DNA of 64,000 nucleotides from a virus (Duplodnaviria; Caudoviricetes): IMG/VR virus record IMGVR_UViG_2894787282_000001, positions 53,387 to 117,386 of that record; one strand, 5' to 3'. Shown piece by piece: positions 1 to 8,723 of this stretch (position 1 is its first letter; each line of letters starts with the position of its first letter). The notes under the pieces were generated by a model. It saw only the letters and a program-made list of their open reading frames with translations, ran no database searches and was not told where the DNA came from. The position numbers and the translations under genes were made by a program.

Positions 1-528
1 ATTGCATGGAGCTACTTCGTCGGGACAAACCCGCCGCTGGCAATCAGATTCATCGACGACTATGACCGCTGGCAATTCGCATTGCCCGACACCAAGCCAT
101 TCAACAAAGCGCTCTGGTCTTACGCACCCTGGAACTTCAAACAATGGGATGAGATCGTCAACGCAGACCCGGACAAATGCGACGCTTTCTTGGCTACCGG
201 CGACGCCCTGCTCCGCGATCACTCGGCCCGAATCTCTAAGCACGTCGAACGCTCTCGCATGTGCTCCATCGCAGGCAAGCCGGGCCTGGCCATCAACGCA
301 CCAGGCTACGTCAGCAGCGACGCAGGTCATGATCTGGCCATCCAGAGCGGCACGTACGGCATGACCTACACCATCGACGAGCACCTCGTGGTTAAGGCCA
401 GCTTGCGCAGCAACGGCGACTACGACGTCAGCGCCCTGGCCAAGACCCTAGGTGGCGGCGGACATCGCAACGCCGCAGGCTTCGAGTGCACCGTACACCA
501 ACTGATGAACATCCTCACACCAGCATGA
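1..528 (+). CDS. DHH/DHHA1-family phosphoesterase (5' partial)
   Basis: Frame open from base 1; C-terminal SLRS...GGGGHRNAAGF DHHA1 motif. Confidence 0.85.
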   Translation: MAWSYFVGTNPPLAIRFIDDYDRWQFALPDTKPFNKALWSYAPWNFKQWDEIVNADPDKCDAFLATGDALLRDHSARISKHVERSRMCSIAGKPGLAINAPGYVSSDAGHDLAIQSGTYGMTYTIDEHLVVKASLRSNGDYDVSALAKTLGGGGHRNAAGFECTVHQLMNILTPA

Positions 529-725
529 AAGTCAACCCCACCTCGGCCACACACCTGTTTCCGATGAAGCCGGTCAAACGATACGCCAGTACCAAGGCAC
601 CGGGCACAGCGCTCTCTGTCCAGATCGGTATTCCGAAGGACGAGTACGACAGCAAAGACCTGCGTCCATTTGACGGCAGGCCAGGTGCGCTGGATTTTCT
701 GAAATGTCCAAGCAGAGGGTTTTAG
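525..725 (+). CDS. Hypothetical phage protein
   Basis: ATGA overlap with upstream stop. Confidence 0.6.
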   Translation: MKVNPTSATHLFPMKPVKRYASTKAPGTALSVQIGIPKDEYDSKDLRPFDGRPGALDFLKCPSRGF

Positions 726-727
726 CC

Positions 728-928
728 ATGAGCACCTTCAATTTCAACATCCCTCACTGCCCGCGCTGCAACGGAGACATCGTAAATAACAAATGCCAGA
801 ACTGCAGATACGAAGGCAAAGGCGAAATCGTAAAGCCGTTCACTTCCCAAGCCGCGTACGAACGTGAAGCGTACAAAGACCGCAACAACGGCGACTACGA
901 CAGAACGTACTATGGGGATGAACTCTAA
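728..928 (+). CDS. Small zinc-ribbon protein
   Basis: CPRC...CQNC; TAATG coupling to helicase. Confidence 0.6.
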   Translation: MSTFNFNIPHCPRCNGDIVNNKCQNCRYEGKGEIVKPFTSQAAYEREAYKDRNNGDYDRTYYGDEL

Positions 929-2307
929 TGGCCTCGCATAAACCACCCCCGCTCTTCAAGCATCAAGGCCAAACCAAGAAAGCGCTCAAAAATGCACACC
1001 GATTCTTTGACCAAAGCGAGCCCGGCACGGGGAAAACCCGTGTCGAGGTCGAAGACTTCGCAGAGCGCCGCGCCCGTGGTGGCAAGCCAGCCATCGTCCT
1101 GGCCACCCGCTCCACGATGGACTCGGCCTGGGGCGACGACTTCAAAAAGTACGCCCCAGACCTCAAAGTCGCTGTGGCCTACGCGAACAATCGAGAGAAA
1201 GCCTTCGCCTCGGGCGCAGATGTTTACATCACGAATCACGATGCGGTGAACTGGCTAGCCAAGCAGAAGGCACCGTTCTGGAAAAAGTTCGAGGGTGGCA
1301 CACTGGTCGTCGACGAGAGCACTGCCTTCAAGCACAACACAAGCATGCGTTCAAAGAACGCAGCCAAGATCATCAAGCGCTTCGAGTGGCGGCGCATGAT
1401 GAGTGGCCTGGCTGACCCCAACGGCATCCTTGACCTCTGGCACCAGTATTTCCTGCTCGACGAAGGCAAGCGCCTGGGCAAGAGCTTCTTCGGGTTTCGC
1501 AGCGCCGTCTGCACACCACAGCAGGTCGGCCCGATGCCCAACATGGTCAAGTGGGTCGAAAAAGAAGGCATCGCCAACATCGTCGCCGCCCTGGTCAAAG
1601 ACATCACCATCAAGCACCTGTTCGAAGAGTGTGTCGACATTCCACCCAACCACGAATACACCCGCGCCGTCACGCTAGGGACCAAACATGCGAAGCACTA
1701 CACCGAGATGGCTGAGGACATGGTCACGATGGCTAAGGGTCAAGTCCTGTCAGCTGTCAACAAAGCGGTGCTTTGTATCAAGCTGCTACAAATTGCATCG
1801 GGCGCGGTGTACAACAGCGAAGAGACCGGCTATACGCGCTTCGATACTGACCGCTATGAGCTTGTGCTCGATCTGGTTCAGGAGTGCGAGCATAGCGTCG
1901 TGTTTTTCCAGTGGGAGCACCAGCGCGACGAACTCGTCAAAGAAGCCGAACGACGTGGCCTGAACTTCGCTGTCTACGACGGCAAAACAACGGACAAAGA
2001 ACGCAAGGCGATCACCGAGGACTTCCAGAAGGGCGCCTACGACTGCATCTTCGCCCACCCCAAAAGTGCGGCGCACGGGCTCACCTGGGTCAAGGGTACA
2101 CGCACCATCTGGGCGTCGCCTTCATCAAATTTGGAGTGGTACAGGCAAGGCTTAAAGCGTATCTATCGCATTGGCCAAACGCAGAAAACCGAAACCATCA
2201 CCATCATTGCAGCAGGAACTTACGACGAAGTCGAGTGGGAGCGCCTGACAGGCAAGTGCCTTCGCTCAGATGAGTTCACTCAGAAGCTGAAGGAATTTCT
2301 TTCATGA
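928..2307 (+). CDS. SNF2-family helicase/ATPase
   Basis: PGTGKT Walker A, VVDES Walker B, AAHGLT motif V, QGLKRIYRIGQ motif VI. Confidence 0.9.
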   Translation: MASHKPPPLFKHQGQTKKALKNAHRFFDQSEPGTGKTRVEVEDFAERRARGGKPAIVLATRSTMDSAWGDDFKKYAPDLKVAVAYANNREKAFASGADVYITNHDAVNWLAKQKAPFWKKFEGGTLVVDESTAFKHNTSMRSKNAAKIIKRFEWRRMMSGLADPNGILDLWHQYFLLDEGKRLGKSFFGFRSAVCTPQQVGPMPNMVKWVEKEGIANIVAALVKDITIKHLFEECVDIPPNHEYTRAVTLGTKHAKHYTEMAEDMVTMAKGQVLSAVNKAVLCIKLLQIASGAVYNSEETGYTRFDTDRYELVLDLVQECEHSVVFFQWEHQRDELVKEAERRGLNFAVYDGKTTDKERKAITEDFQKGAYDCIFAHPKSAAHGLTWVKGTRTIWASPSSNLEWYRQGLKRIYRIGQTQKTETITIIAAGTYDEVEWERLTGKCLRSDEFTQKLKEFLS

Positions 2308-2807
2308 GCGCCCCGCACACTCCTGAATCCTTCTGGGCGAACGTCAAAAAGCAACCGTCAGGCTGCTGGGAGTGGCAAGGCTGTACAAACGTTCCGAATG
2401 GCTACGGACTTGTCAGGTGGGACAGAAAGCAACGAGTCACACATCGAGTCGCAGCTTTCATAAGCGGCATGATTGTGGACGTCAAAGCGCCACCAAATAA
2501 GCAAGACAAAACGCACGTCCTACACACATGCGACAACAAACTTTGCTGTAACCCAGATCATTTATATCTGGGTTCCTATTCAGACAACCTGCGCCACGCT
2601 TACAAAACAGGACTGAAGAAGCCAGCCTGCGGAGAGCATGCAAACTCAAAATTAACTGCCTTAAAAGTGCGCCAGATATTCACAAAACGCCGCCAAGGAC
2701 AGCCCCGTGCATCGGTTGCAAACCAATTTGGTATCTCAAAAGCAATGGTAGACAAGATTGCTCAAGGAAACGCTTGGAAACACATCACAAAGGAGTTTTT
2801 AGCATGA
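2304..2807 (+). CDS. Free-standing HNH endonuclease with C-terminal HTH
   Basis: CWEWQG, THRVA, VLHTCDNKLCCNPDHL; lower GC than neighbours. Confidence 0.9.
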   Translation: MSAPHTPESFWANVKKQPSGCWEWQGCTNVPNGYGLVRWDRKQRVTHRVAAFISGMIVDVKAPPNKQDKTHVLHTCDNKLCCNPDHLYLGSYSDNLRHAYKTGLKKPACGEHANSKLTALKVRQIFTKRRQGQPRASVANQFGISKAMVDKIAQGNAWKHITKEFLA

Positions 2808-3013
2808 CTACAAAAGTTACTCGTCAAGACCCAGTGAACCTTATCCGAGACCGCCTCGTCACCCGTCTCTCCAAGCGCGGCACAGTGCGCGACGACCTCT
2901 GGATGAAGAATGTTTGGGCTGACTTCAGCCACATGGTCGCAGTGTTCCACATGCAAAGCGCTGTGAACAACATCGCAGAACATCTTCCTGTCGAACTGAA
3001 AAGAGCGGCATGA
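2804..3013 (+). CDS. Hypothetical phage protein
   Basis: AAGGAG SD, ATGA overlap. Confidence 0.65.
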   Translation: MTTKVTRQDPVNLIRDRLVTRLSKRGTVRDDLWMKNVWADFSHMVAVFHMQSAVNNIAEHLPVELKRAA

Positions 3014-3354
3014 ACATCACCTTCGACCCTGCCGCCACAGGTGCAGATAAAACCGTCATCACTACATGGCTTCGCAGACCTGCGATCCTCAATCGCCCAC
3101 ACCTCAGCCCAGACTCAATCATCGCGGTAGGTTTTGGCTCAGCCTTCTGTACTAAAGACCTTGAACTCATCTGCGACGAGCAAGACGTGCCGGAAGGAGA
3201 TGAGTACAGAACCTGCGCTGACATCGAACTGCTGGCAGCTGCTGACCCGGACCATGACTGGCAGATCAATTACCACGCACCGCTGTACGACGCTGTCTAT
3301 CAACGCCAAGACGGCTTCTGGGTGCTGATCGAAGAAGGGCGAGGTTTTGCATGA
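3010..3354 (+). CDS. Hypothetical phage protein
   Basis: ATGA overlaps at both ends. Confidence 0.7.
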   Translation: MNITFDPAATGADKTVITTWLRRPAILNRPHLSPDSIIAVGFGSAFCTKDLELICDEQDVPEGDEYRTCADIELLAAADPDHDWQINYHAPLYDAVYQRQDGFWVLIEEGRGFA

Positions 3355-4454
3355 ATAACCAGCACATCATCTTCGACTGCGAAATCATCGGCAAAGACAA
3401 GCCGGTCTTCCTGGTCCGCACGCTGAACGTCGAGACGCGCGAGCGCTGCGAGTTTTGGTATCACAAGCGCGGCCACATGAACAAGCTGGCGCGCATGCTG
3501 GCCACCCCGGACTACACCTGGGTGGGGTTCAACAGCGAGAACTTCGACCGGCCTCTGATCGCCATGGCCATGGACCCGGAGTACGACGTGCACGGTATCA
3601 AAGAGCTGGCCACGATCATCATCGAAGAACGGCTGCGCTCCTGGCAGACCTACAAGCAGTTCAACCTGGAGTTCATCGACTACGACCACATCGACCTGTT
3701 TGAAGTCATGCCTGGTGTGATGATCAGTCTGAAGACCTACGCCGGGCGCATGGGTTACAAGACCATGGTCGACCTGCCCTTCCACCACGACACCGACCTG
3801 ACCCCAGCCCAGCAGAAGGTGCTCAGCACCTACTGCGACAACGATCTGGGTGTCACCGAAGCGGCGTTTCTGAGCCAGAAGACCGAGCTGGAGCTGCGTG
3901 CCGAGATGAGTGAAGAGTACGGCATCGACCTGCGCTCCAAGAGCGACGCCCAGATCGCCGAGGCCATCCTCAAGAAGCGCGTGGGCATCGGTGCTGGCTC
4001 CAAGCATGTACCGCACAGTGTCGATTACGAGGCCCCTGACTTCATCGTCACAGACAGCCCTGTCATCAACGAGCTGGCCGACCTGCTCAGCCGCTTCCCC
4101 TTCGTGCTCAACCGTGGCAACGGCAGTCCGACGGCACCCAAGTTCCTCGACGAGCCAGTCGTCATCGGCAGTGGCACCTACCAGTGCGGCGTGGGTGGGT
4201 TACACAGCACCCACGACAAAGCTATGTACCTCGAAGCCTCTGACGACTTGCTGCTCAGTGACTTTGACGTGGCCAGCTACTACCCCAACATCATGCTCAA
4301 GGCGGGCCTGGCTCCAAAGCTCGGTGGCAACAAGGGCAACAAGTTTCTCGAAGAGTACCGACACATCTACGAGACACGCATTGCGGCAAAGCGACGCGCT
4401 CAACAACTATCTGCTGAGATCAAAGTGATTGAGGCCCAGTTGGCAAATGGCTAA
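3351..4454 (+). CDS. Family-B DNA polymerase, N-terminal subunit (3'-5' exonuclease, motif A, first finger helix)
   Basis: ExoI FDCE, ExoII GFNSENFD, ExoIII YCDND, motif A DFDVASYYP, then ETRIAAK. Confidence 0.9.
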   Translation: MNNQHIIFDCEIIGKDKPVFLVRTLNVETRERCEFWYHKRGHMNKLARMLATPDYTWVGFNSENFDRPLIAMAMDPEYDVHGIKELATIIIEERLRSWQTYKQFNLEFIDYDHIDLFEVMPGVMISLKTYAGRMGYKTMVDLPFHHDTDLTPAQQKVLSTYCDNDLGVTEAAFLSQKTELELRAEMSEEYGIDLRSKSDAQIAEAILKKRVGIGAGSKHVPHSVDYEAPDFIVTDSPVINELADLLSRFPFVLNRGNGSPTAPKFLDEPVVIGSGTYQCGVGGLHSTHDKAMYLEASDDLLLSDFDVASYYPNIMLKAGLAPKLGGNKGNKFLEEYRHIYETRIAAKRRAQQLSAEIKVIEAQLANG

Positions 4455-4935
4455 TCGAACGTATCACGAGCGAGGAAAACTAATCCAAGGTTTTCCTTGC
4501 AAAAAGCACCCGCTCTATAACACCTGGGTGCTGATGCGTCAACGCTGCGACAACCCGAATAATCCAGCGTACCGTCATTACGGTGGCCGAGGGATCACAG
4601 TTTGCGAACGCTGGCAATCTTTTGAGAACTTCGCGCTGGACATGGGGATGAAGCCCTCGCAAAAGCATTCTCTTGAGCGCGAAGACAACGACAAGGGTTA
4701 CTCGCCCGAGAACTGCAAATGGGAAACCGTTGAAGCACAACGGCTTAACCGACGTTGCTTTGTGACCAGCGAAAGCGGTCACACCGGAGTTCGCCAAATC
4801 AAACCCGGTTGCTTTCAAGCAATGGTTCATATCAACAAAGTGAGATATATCCTTGGAAAATTCAAAACCATCGAAGAAGCTGTCGCAGCAAGAACGAACT
4901 TCATTGCAAACAAAGCTGGAAAAGCTCAAAACTGA
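4447..4935 (+). CDS. HNH-AP2 homing endonuclease inserted in the polymerase gene
   Basis: YGGRGITVCERW...SLEREDNDKGYSPENCKW plus AP2-like SGHTGV...LGKFKTIEEAVAAR; ATG 4447 overlaps the pol-a stop. Confidence 0.88.
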   Translation: MANRTYHERGKLIQGFPCKKHPLYNTWVLMRQRCDNPNNPAYRHYGGRGITVCERWQSFENFALDMGMKPSQKHSLEREDNDKGYSPENCKWETVEAQRLNRRCFVTSESGHTGVRQIKPGCFQAMVHINKVRYILGKFKTIEEAVAARTNFIANKAGKAQN

Positions 4936-5842
4936 GCGACGCAAAAACCTTCAAGTTGCAAACGCGCTTAAGATTTGCCTTAACGGCACGTTCGGCAAAC
5001 TAGGCAGCATTTACTGCAGCTTCTATGCGCCTGAACTGATGCTCGCTGTGACGCTGACAGGCCAGCTCAACTTGTTGTGCCTCATCCACGAGCTGGAGAA
5101 GATCAAAGGTTGTAATGTCAAGTCGGCCAACACCGACGGCCTACTTGTTGCCTACAAACCTAATGTTCGTGAGCGTGTGCTGAAAGTCTTTGCTAAAAAC
5201 GCAAAGCACACGGGTTTCGAGTACGAAGAAACTCCGTACGCCAAGTACGCAGCCAAGGACGTAAACAACTTTATCGCTCTCAAGACCGACGGCAAAGTCA
5301 AGTCCAAGGGGCTATACACCCTGAATGACCCCAAAGATAATCCGCTGTACCTGATGAAGAACCCGACGATGGACGTGTGCACACGCATGGTCATCGACTA
5401 TCTCAAGTGCGGCACACGCCCTGAGTCCAGCATCCTTGGTTACACCGACATGAAGGACTTCGTGGCCATCCGCAACGTCCAGGGCGGCGGCATCCAGTAC
5501 ACCGGGTACAAAAAGGTGGACGACTGGGTCGAGACCGCGCCGGGCAACTGGCGTCGTCCTGACTGGCCCAGCCTGAAAGCCTCGGTACGTCGCAAGTCGC
5601 GCCCCGCTCCGGTGGATGTCGGTGTCGGTGGTGAGCCCTTTGGGCGTGTCGCACGCTGGTACATGACGACGGCTGACCTGCCCCCGCTCACGTACCTCAG
5701 CTCGGGCAACCAGGTGCCCAAGACTGAAGGCGCTCGCATCTGCATGACGCTGCCCGACAAGCTGCCCAAGGACTTGAACAAACAGTGGTACGTCGACGAG
5801 GCGTACGCAATCTTGGAGTCAATCGGCGTGAAGGCGCGATAG
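4853..5842 (+). CDS. Family-B DNA polymerase, C-terminal subunit (second finger helix, motifs B and C, thumb)
   Basis: Motif B KICLNGTFGKLG, motif C ANTDG, KSKG; TTG start inferred because the frame is closed by TGA at 4841-4843. Confidence 0.88.
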   Translation: MENSKPSKKLSQQERTSLQTKLEKLKTERRKNLQVANALKICLNGTFGKLGSIYCSFYAPELMLAVTLTGQLNLLCLIHELEKIKGCNVKSANTDGLLVAYKPNVRERVLKVFAKNAKHTGFEYEETPYAKYAAKDVNNFIALKTDGKVKSKGLYTLNDPKDNPLYLMKNPTMDVCTRMVIDYLKCGTRPESSILGYTDMKDFVAIRNVQGGGIQYTGYKKVDDWVETAPGNWRRPDWPSLKASVRRKSRPAPVDVGVGGEPFGRVARWYMTTADLPPLTYLSSGNQVPKTEGARICMTLPDKLPKDLNKQWYVDEAYAILESIGVKAR

Positions 5843-5905
5843 CTTTTTTCAATCACTGTAATCTAACGCAATCTGATATTCTCTCAAACCCAAAGGACGC
5901 AAACC

Positions 5906-6313
5906 ATGGCAACCGTATCTGCTCTGCGAAAACCCAAAGTCACCGTCGGCAGTCTCATCGACCAGCTCCACACCATACGCTCCCAGAAGCGCGAGCTGGC
6001 AGTCCGTGAGAAAGAACTTACCACCGAATACGAAGCCACTGAGCAGCAGCTCATGGCCCTGATGGACGCCGAGGGCGTGACCAAGTCCACTGGCAAGACA
6101 GCCACCGCCTCGCTCTCCACGGTGCAGACATTCAACTTCATCCCCGAAACTGGCTTCGACGCCTTCTTCGCCTACGCGGCCAAGATCAAGCGTCCCGACC
6201 TGCTGCAGCGGCGCATCTCGGTGCCCGCCGTGCGCGAGCTGTGGAGCATGAAAGGCGCCGTCCCCGGCCTCGTCCCATTTGAAGAAAAGAAGATTGGCCT
6301 GCGCGATCTCTGA
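5906..6313 (+). CDS. Phage coiled-coil protein of replication module
   Basis: AAAGGA SD, phage codon usage. Confidence 0.75.
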   Translation: MATVSALRKPKVTVGSLIDQLHTIRSQKRELAVREKELTTEYEATEQQLMALMDAEGVTKSTGKTATASLSTVQTFNFIPETGFDAFFAYAAKIKRPDLLQRRISVPAVRELWSMKGAVPGLVPFEEKKIGLRDL

Positions 6314-6377
6314 TCCTCAACTCTAAGCGAATCGAAGCGAACCAACGACACTCTTCAACAACCTTGCAAGGAAAACC

Positions 6378-7184
6378 ATGGTAACCAAAGCAACCCCCAA
6401 GAAAACCACCTCTGCCTTCGACGCTACCAAGCCCGTCGGCACTGCGCTGGTCAAAGCGAAAGTCAATCTCCCCGCGAACATCCAGGAGCAGTTCGCTGCT
6501 GAAGTGGCCGCACTGCAAAAGCGCATCGCTGCGCCGAGCGGTGACCGCATCACAGTGACCCAAGGCCGCACCCTCAAGCTGCCCAACGGCCTGGAGGTCG
6601 ATGAAATCGAGTGCGTCATCGTCGACTTCGTCGCAGCCAACTTCTACTACTCGTCGGACTTCGACCGCCAGAACATCGTGCCACCAGACTGTTTCGCCAT
6701 CGGTATGGAGCCTGCGGGCCTCGTGCCTTCGGACAACAGCCCTGACAAGCAGTGTGCTGCGTGCGCCGGATGCTGGGCGAACCAGTTCAAGTCAGCCAAG
6801 AACGGTCGTGGCAAAGCGTGCTCCAACACGCGGCTGCTGGCGGTGCTCCCGCTGGACGCCGACGCCGAGTCGCAGATCATGATTCTGAAGGTGTCCAGCA
6901 CCGGACTCAAGAGCTTCGACGGTCATGTGGCGAACGTGGTCAGCAAGTACGGCGTGCCAATCCGTGGTGTCACCACCCGTGTGACGATGAGCGACGAAGA
7001 ATACGCCTCGCTGCGTTTCTCTGTCATCGAGAAGCTGTCCCCCAAAGACCCGCTGCTCGCCATCGCGCAAAGCCTCAAAGAAACCGCGCTCACACGACTG
7101 CAGACTGAGCCCGACGTGACTGCGGCCACCGCCGAACCTGCACCGGCTCGCCGGGCGCCAGCCAAGAAGGCTGTGCGCCGCTAA
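6378..7184 (+). CDS. Putative ssDNA-binding/annealing protein with Cys cluster
   Basis: CAACAGCWANQF...GKACSNTR motif; position after polymerase; function inferred. Confidence 0.6.
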   Translation: MVTKATPKKTTSAFDATKPVGTALVKAKVNLPANIQEQFAAEVAALQKRIAAPSGDRITVTQGRTLKLPNGLEVDEIECVIVDFVAANFYYSSDFDRQNIVPPDCFAIGMEPAGLVPSDNSPDKQCAACAGCWANQFKSAKNGRGKACSNTRLLAVLPLDADAESQIMILKVSSTGLKSFDGHVANVVSKYGVPIRGVTTRVTMSDEEYASLRFSVIEKLSPKDPLLAIAQSLKETALTRLQTEPDVTAATAEPAPARRAPAKKAVRR

Positions 7185-7262
7185 AAGTTTCGATTCTCGA
7201 ATGGCAGGCCGGAAAGACGGCCATCTCGTTTCTTTTTCACAACAACCTGGAGTATTTTTATC

Positions 7263-7505
7263 ATGGCACGTTCCCCATCCGCAGTTCTCTCTCCCGCTGA
7301 CCGCAAAGCCGCTCTGGCCAACGCCAAGGTCGCTGCAAAAACTGCTGCAGCCGCAGTGAGCGCCAGCGAAAAAGCCGCAGTCGCAGCCGCCAAGTCGTAC
7401 GCCAAGGCTCAGGCCGCAGCCGACAAGGAATTGATCAAGCTCAAGAAAGAAGCTGACAAAGCCAAGGCTGCTCTGGACGCGCTGGCACCCACAGCTGCAG
7501 TCTGA
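7263..7505 (+). CDS. Ala/Lys-rich small basic protein
   Basis: GGAG SD; AAK-rich low-complexity helix. Confidence 0.75.
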   Translation: MARSPSAVLSPADRKAALANAKVAAKTAAAAVSASEKAAVAAAKSYAKAQAAADKELIKLKKEADKAKAALDALAPTAAV

Positions 7506-7546
7506 TCTGATCTAATCTGATCAAGGGTCGCCTCTCAACGAGGCGG

Positions 7547-7579
7547 CTCTGTTGAGAGCACAACGTGCTCTCAACAGAG
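7547..7579. repeat. Perfect 15-bp inverted repeat
   Basis: CTCTGTTGAGAGCAC-AAC-GTGCTCTCAACAGAG. Confidence 0.9.
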
Positions 7580-7604
7580 TTTCGATTAACCCAAAGGAGT
7601 GAAG

Positions 7605-7946
7605 ATGAACTGCGCTGTTACGCAAGCCAAAGAACAACCCGAATGGATCAAAGACAAAACTGCACCGCCTTGCGAACCGACAGCGCCAGCCTTGCTCATC
7701 AAAGCCGCCAGCATTATGCAAGCACGCGCGGCGACCTACGACAAACCAGAAGGTGAACGCTCGATGGCGGCTACAGTGACGGCGTTCAACGCTGTCACCG
7801 GGCACACCCTCACCGAATCGCATGGGTGGCTGCTCATGATTTTACTCAAAGCCGTGCGCGACAATCAGCGGGCCGAACCACACGTCGACTCTGTTGAAGA
7901 CCTCGTCGCCTACGCCAGCCTTTATGGCGAAGCCCGCCTTAAATGA
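7605..7946 (+). CDS. DUF6378-like phage protein
   Basis: RAATYD..EGERSM...GWLLMILLKAVR...DSVEDLVAYA pattern; AAAGGAG SD. Confidence 0.65.
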   Translation: MNCAVTQAKEQPEWIKDKTAPPCEPTAPALLIKAASIMQARAATYDKPEGERSMAATVTAFNAVTGHTLTESHGWLLMILLKAVRDNQRAEPHVDSVEDLVAYASLYGEARLK

Positions 7947-8464
7947 GCCGCAAACCCGAGACAGCGTTCATTGATTCGGTCCACAGGCACTTACCCAAGA
8001 GCCTGTACCGAATCAAAAACAACAATCCCTTCAACGGAGGCCAAGCCGACTGCTGGTATAGCGGAAAATACGCAGACCTTTGGATTGAGTACAAATTCAT
8101 CGAGCGTATAGCTAAAGACGGCGTTTGTGCAAACTTATCCGCACTGCAGTCTGAGTGGTTGCGTGATCGGTACTCAGAAGGCCGCAACATAGCGGTTATC
8201 GTTGGAAGCAAAGACGGCGGCGTCCTCTTGCGTGATCTTGAGTGGGAAACTAAGCTCCCACAACAGACTTTTATAAACAATTTAAAAAGCCGCCAGGAAC
8301 TTGCGCGGTGGATACAAAGCGAAACCGGAGTCCAAAATGATAAAGTCCGAAGCGGAGATTTACCAGATACTCGAAGAACTCCTTCGAGCGGCGGGCAACA
8401 CACCCCAGACGTGTGTCGACCTGCACGACGACCCACGCGTGCGGGCGCTCGCACCCAGCCCTAA
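7943..8464 (+). CDS. VRR-NUC / PD-(D/E)XK nuclease
   Basis: GQADC...WIEYK...LSALQSEWL. Confidence 0.75.
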   Translation: MSRKPETAFIDSVHRHLPKSLYRIKNNNPFNGGQADCWYSGKYADLWIEYKFIERIAKDGVCANLSALQSEWLRDRYSEGRNIAVIVGSKDGGVLLRDLEWETKLPQQTFINNLKSRQELARWIQSETGVQNDKVRSGDLPDTRRTPSSGGQHTPDVCRPARRPTRAGARTQP

Positions 8465-8723
8465 CCGCGTCAGCGACTACCTCGGCCACATGTGGCGTAG
8501 AGGTCTAGTACAGCGCTGGTACGCCAGCAAGGAAACCGCGCAGCGTTCGCGCTATGCCTACACCTGGATTGATCAACCTGAAGAAAAGCCTGAGCCTGTA
8601 TCCCGCCTGACAGTGCCTCAGCGCAAAGCCGCGCCAGAGAAGCCCAACGTGACGGTCGTCGAAGACGATGGCAGCATCACGCTTGACTTCAAAGAATTCA
8701 CCATCACGGTCAAGCGCAAATAA
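8337..8723 (+). CDS. Putative winged-helix DNA-binding protein
   Basis: GGAG SD before ATG 8337; RVSDYLGHMWRRGLVQR helix-wing pattern. Confidence 0.6.
   Translation: MIKSEAEIYQILEELLRAAGNTPQTCVDLHDDPRVRALAPSPNRVSDYLGHMWRRGLVQRWYASKETAQRSRYAYTWIDQPEEKPEPVSRLTVPQRKAAPEKPNVTVVEDDGSITLDFKEFTITVKRK

Noticed and set aside
4449-4860. T4 gene 60-style ribosomal bypass
   Set aside because: The take-off codon would be GGC before TAA, but there is no matching GGC landing codon in the downstream frame before motif B, and no obvious take-off hairpin.
4380-4960. Group I intron or intein in the polymerase
   Set aside because: The HNH ORF fills the whole gap, leaving no space for a ribozyme core. The halves are in different frames with a stop, and there are no Cys/Ser...His-Asn intein ends.
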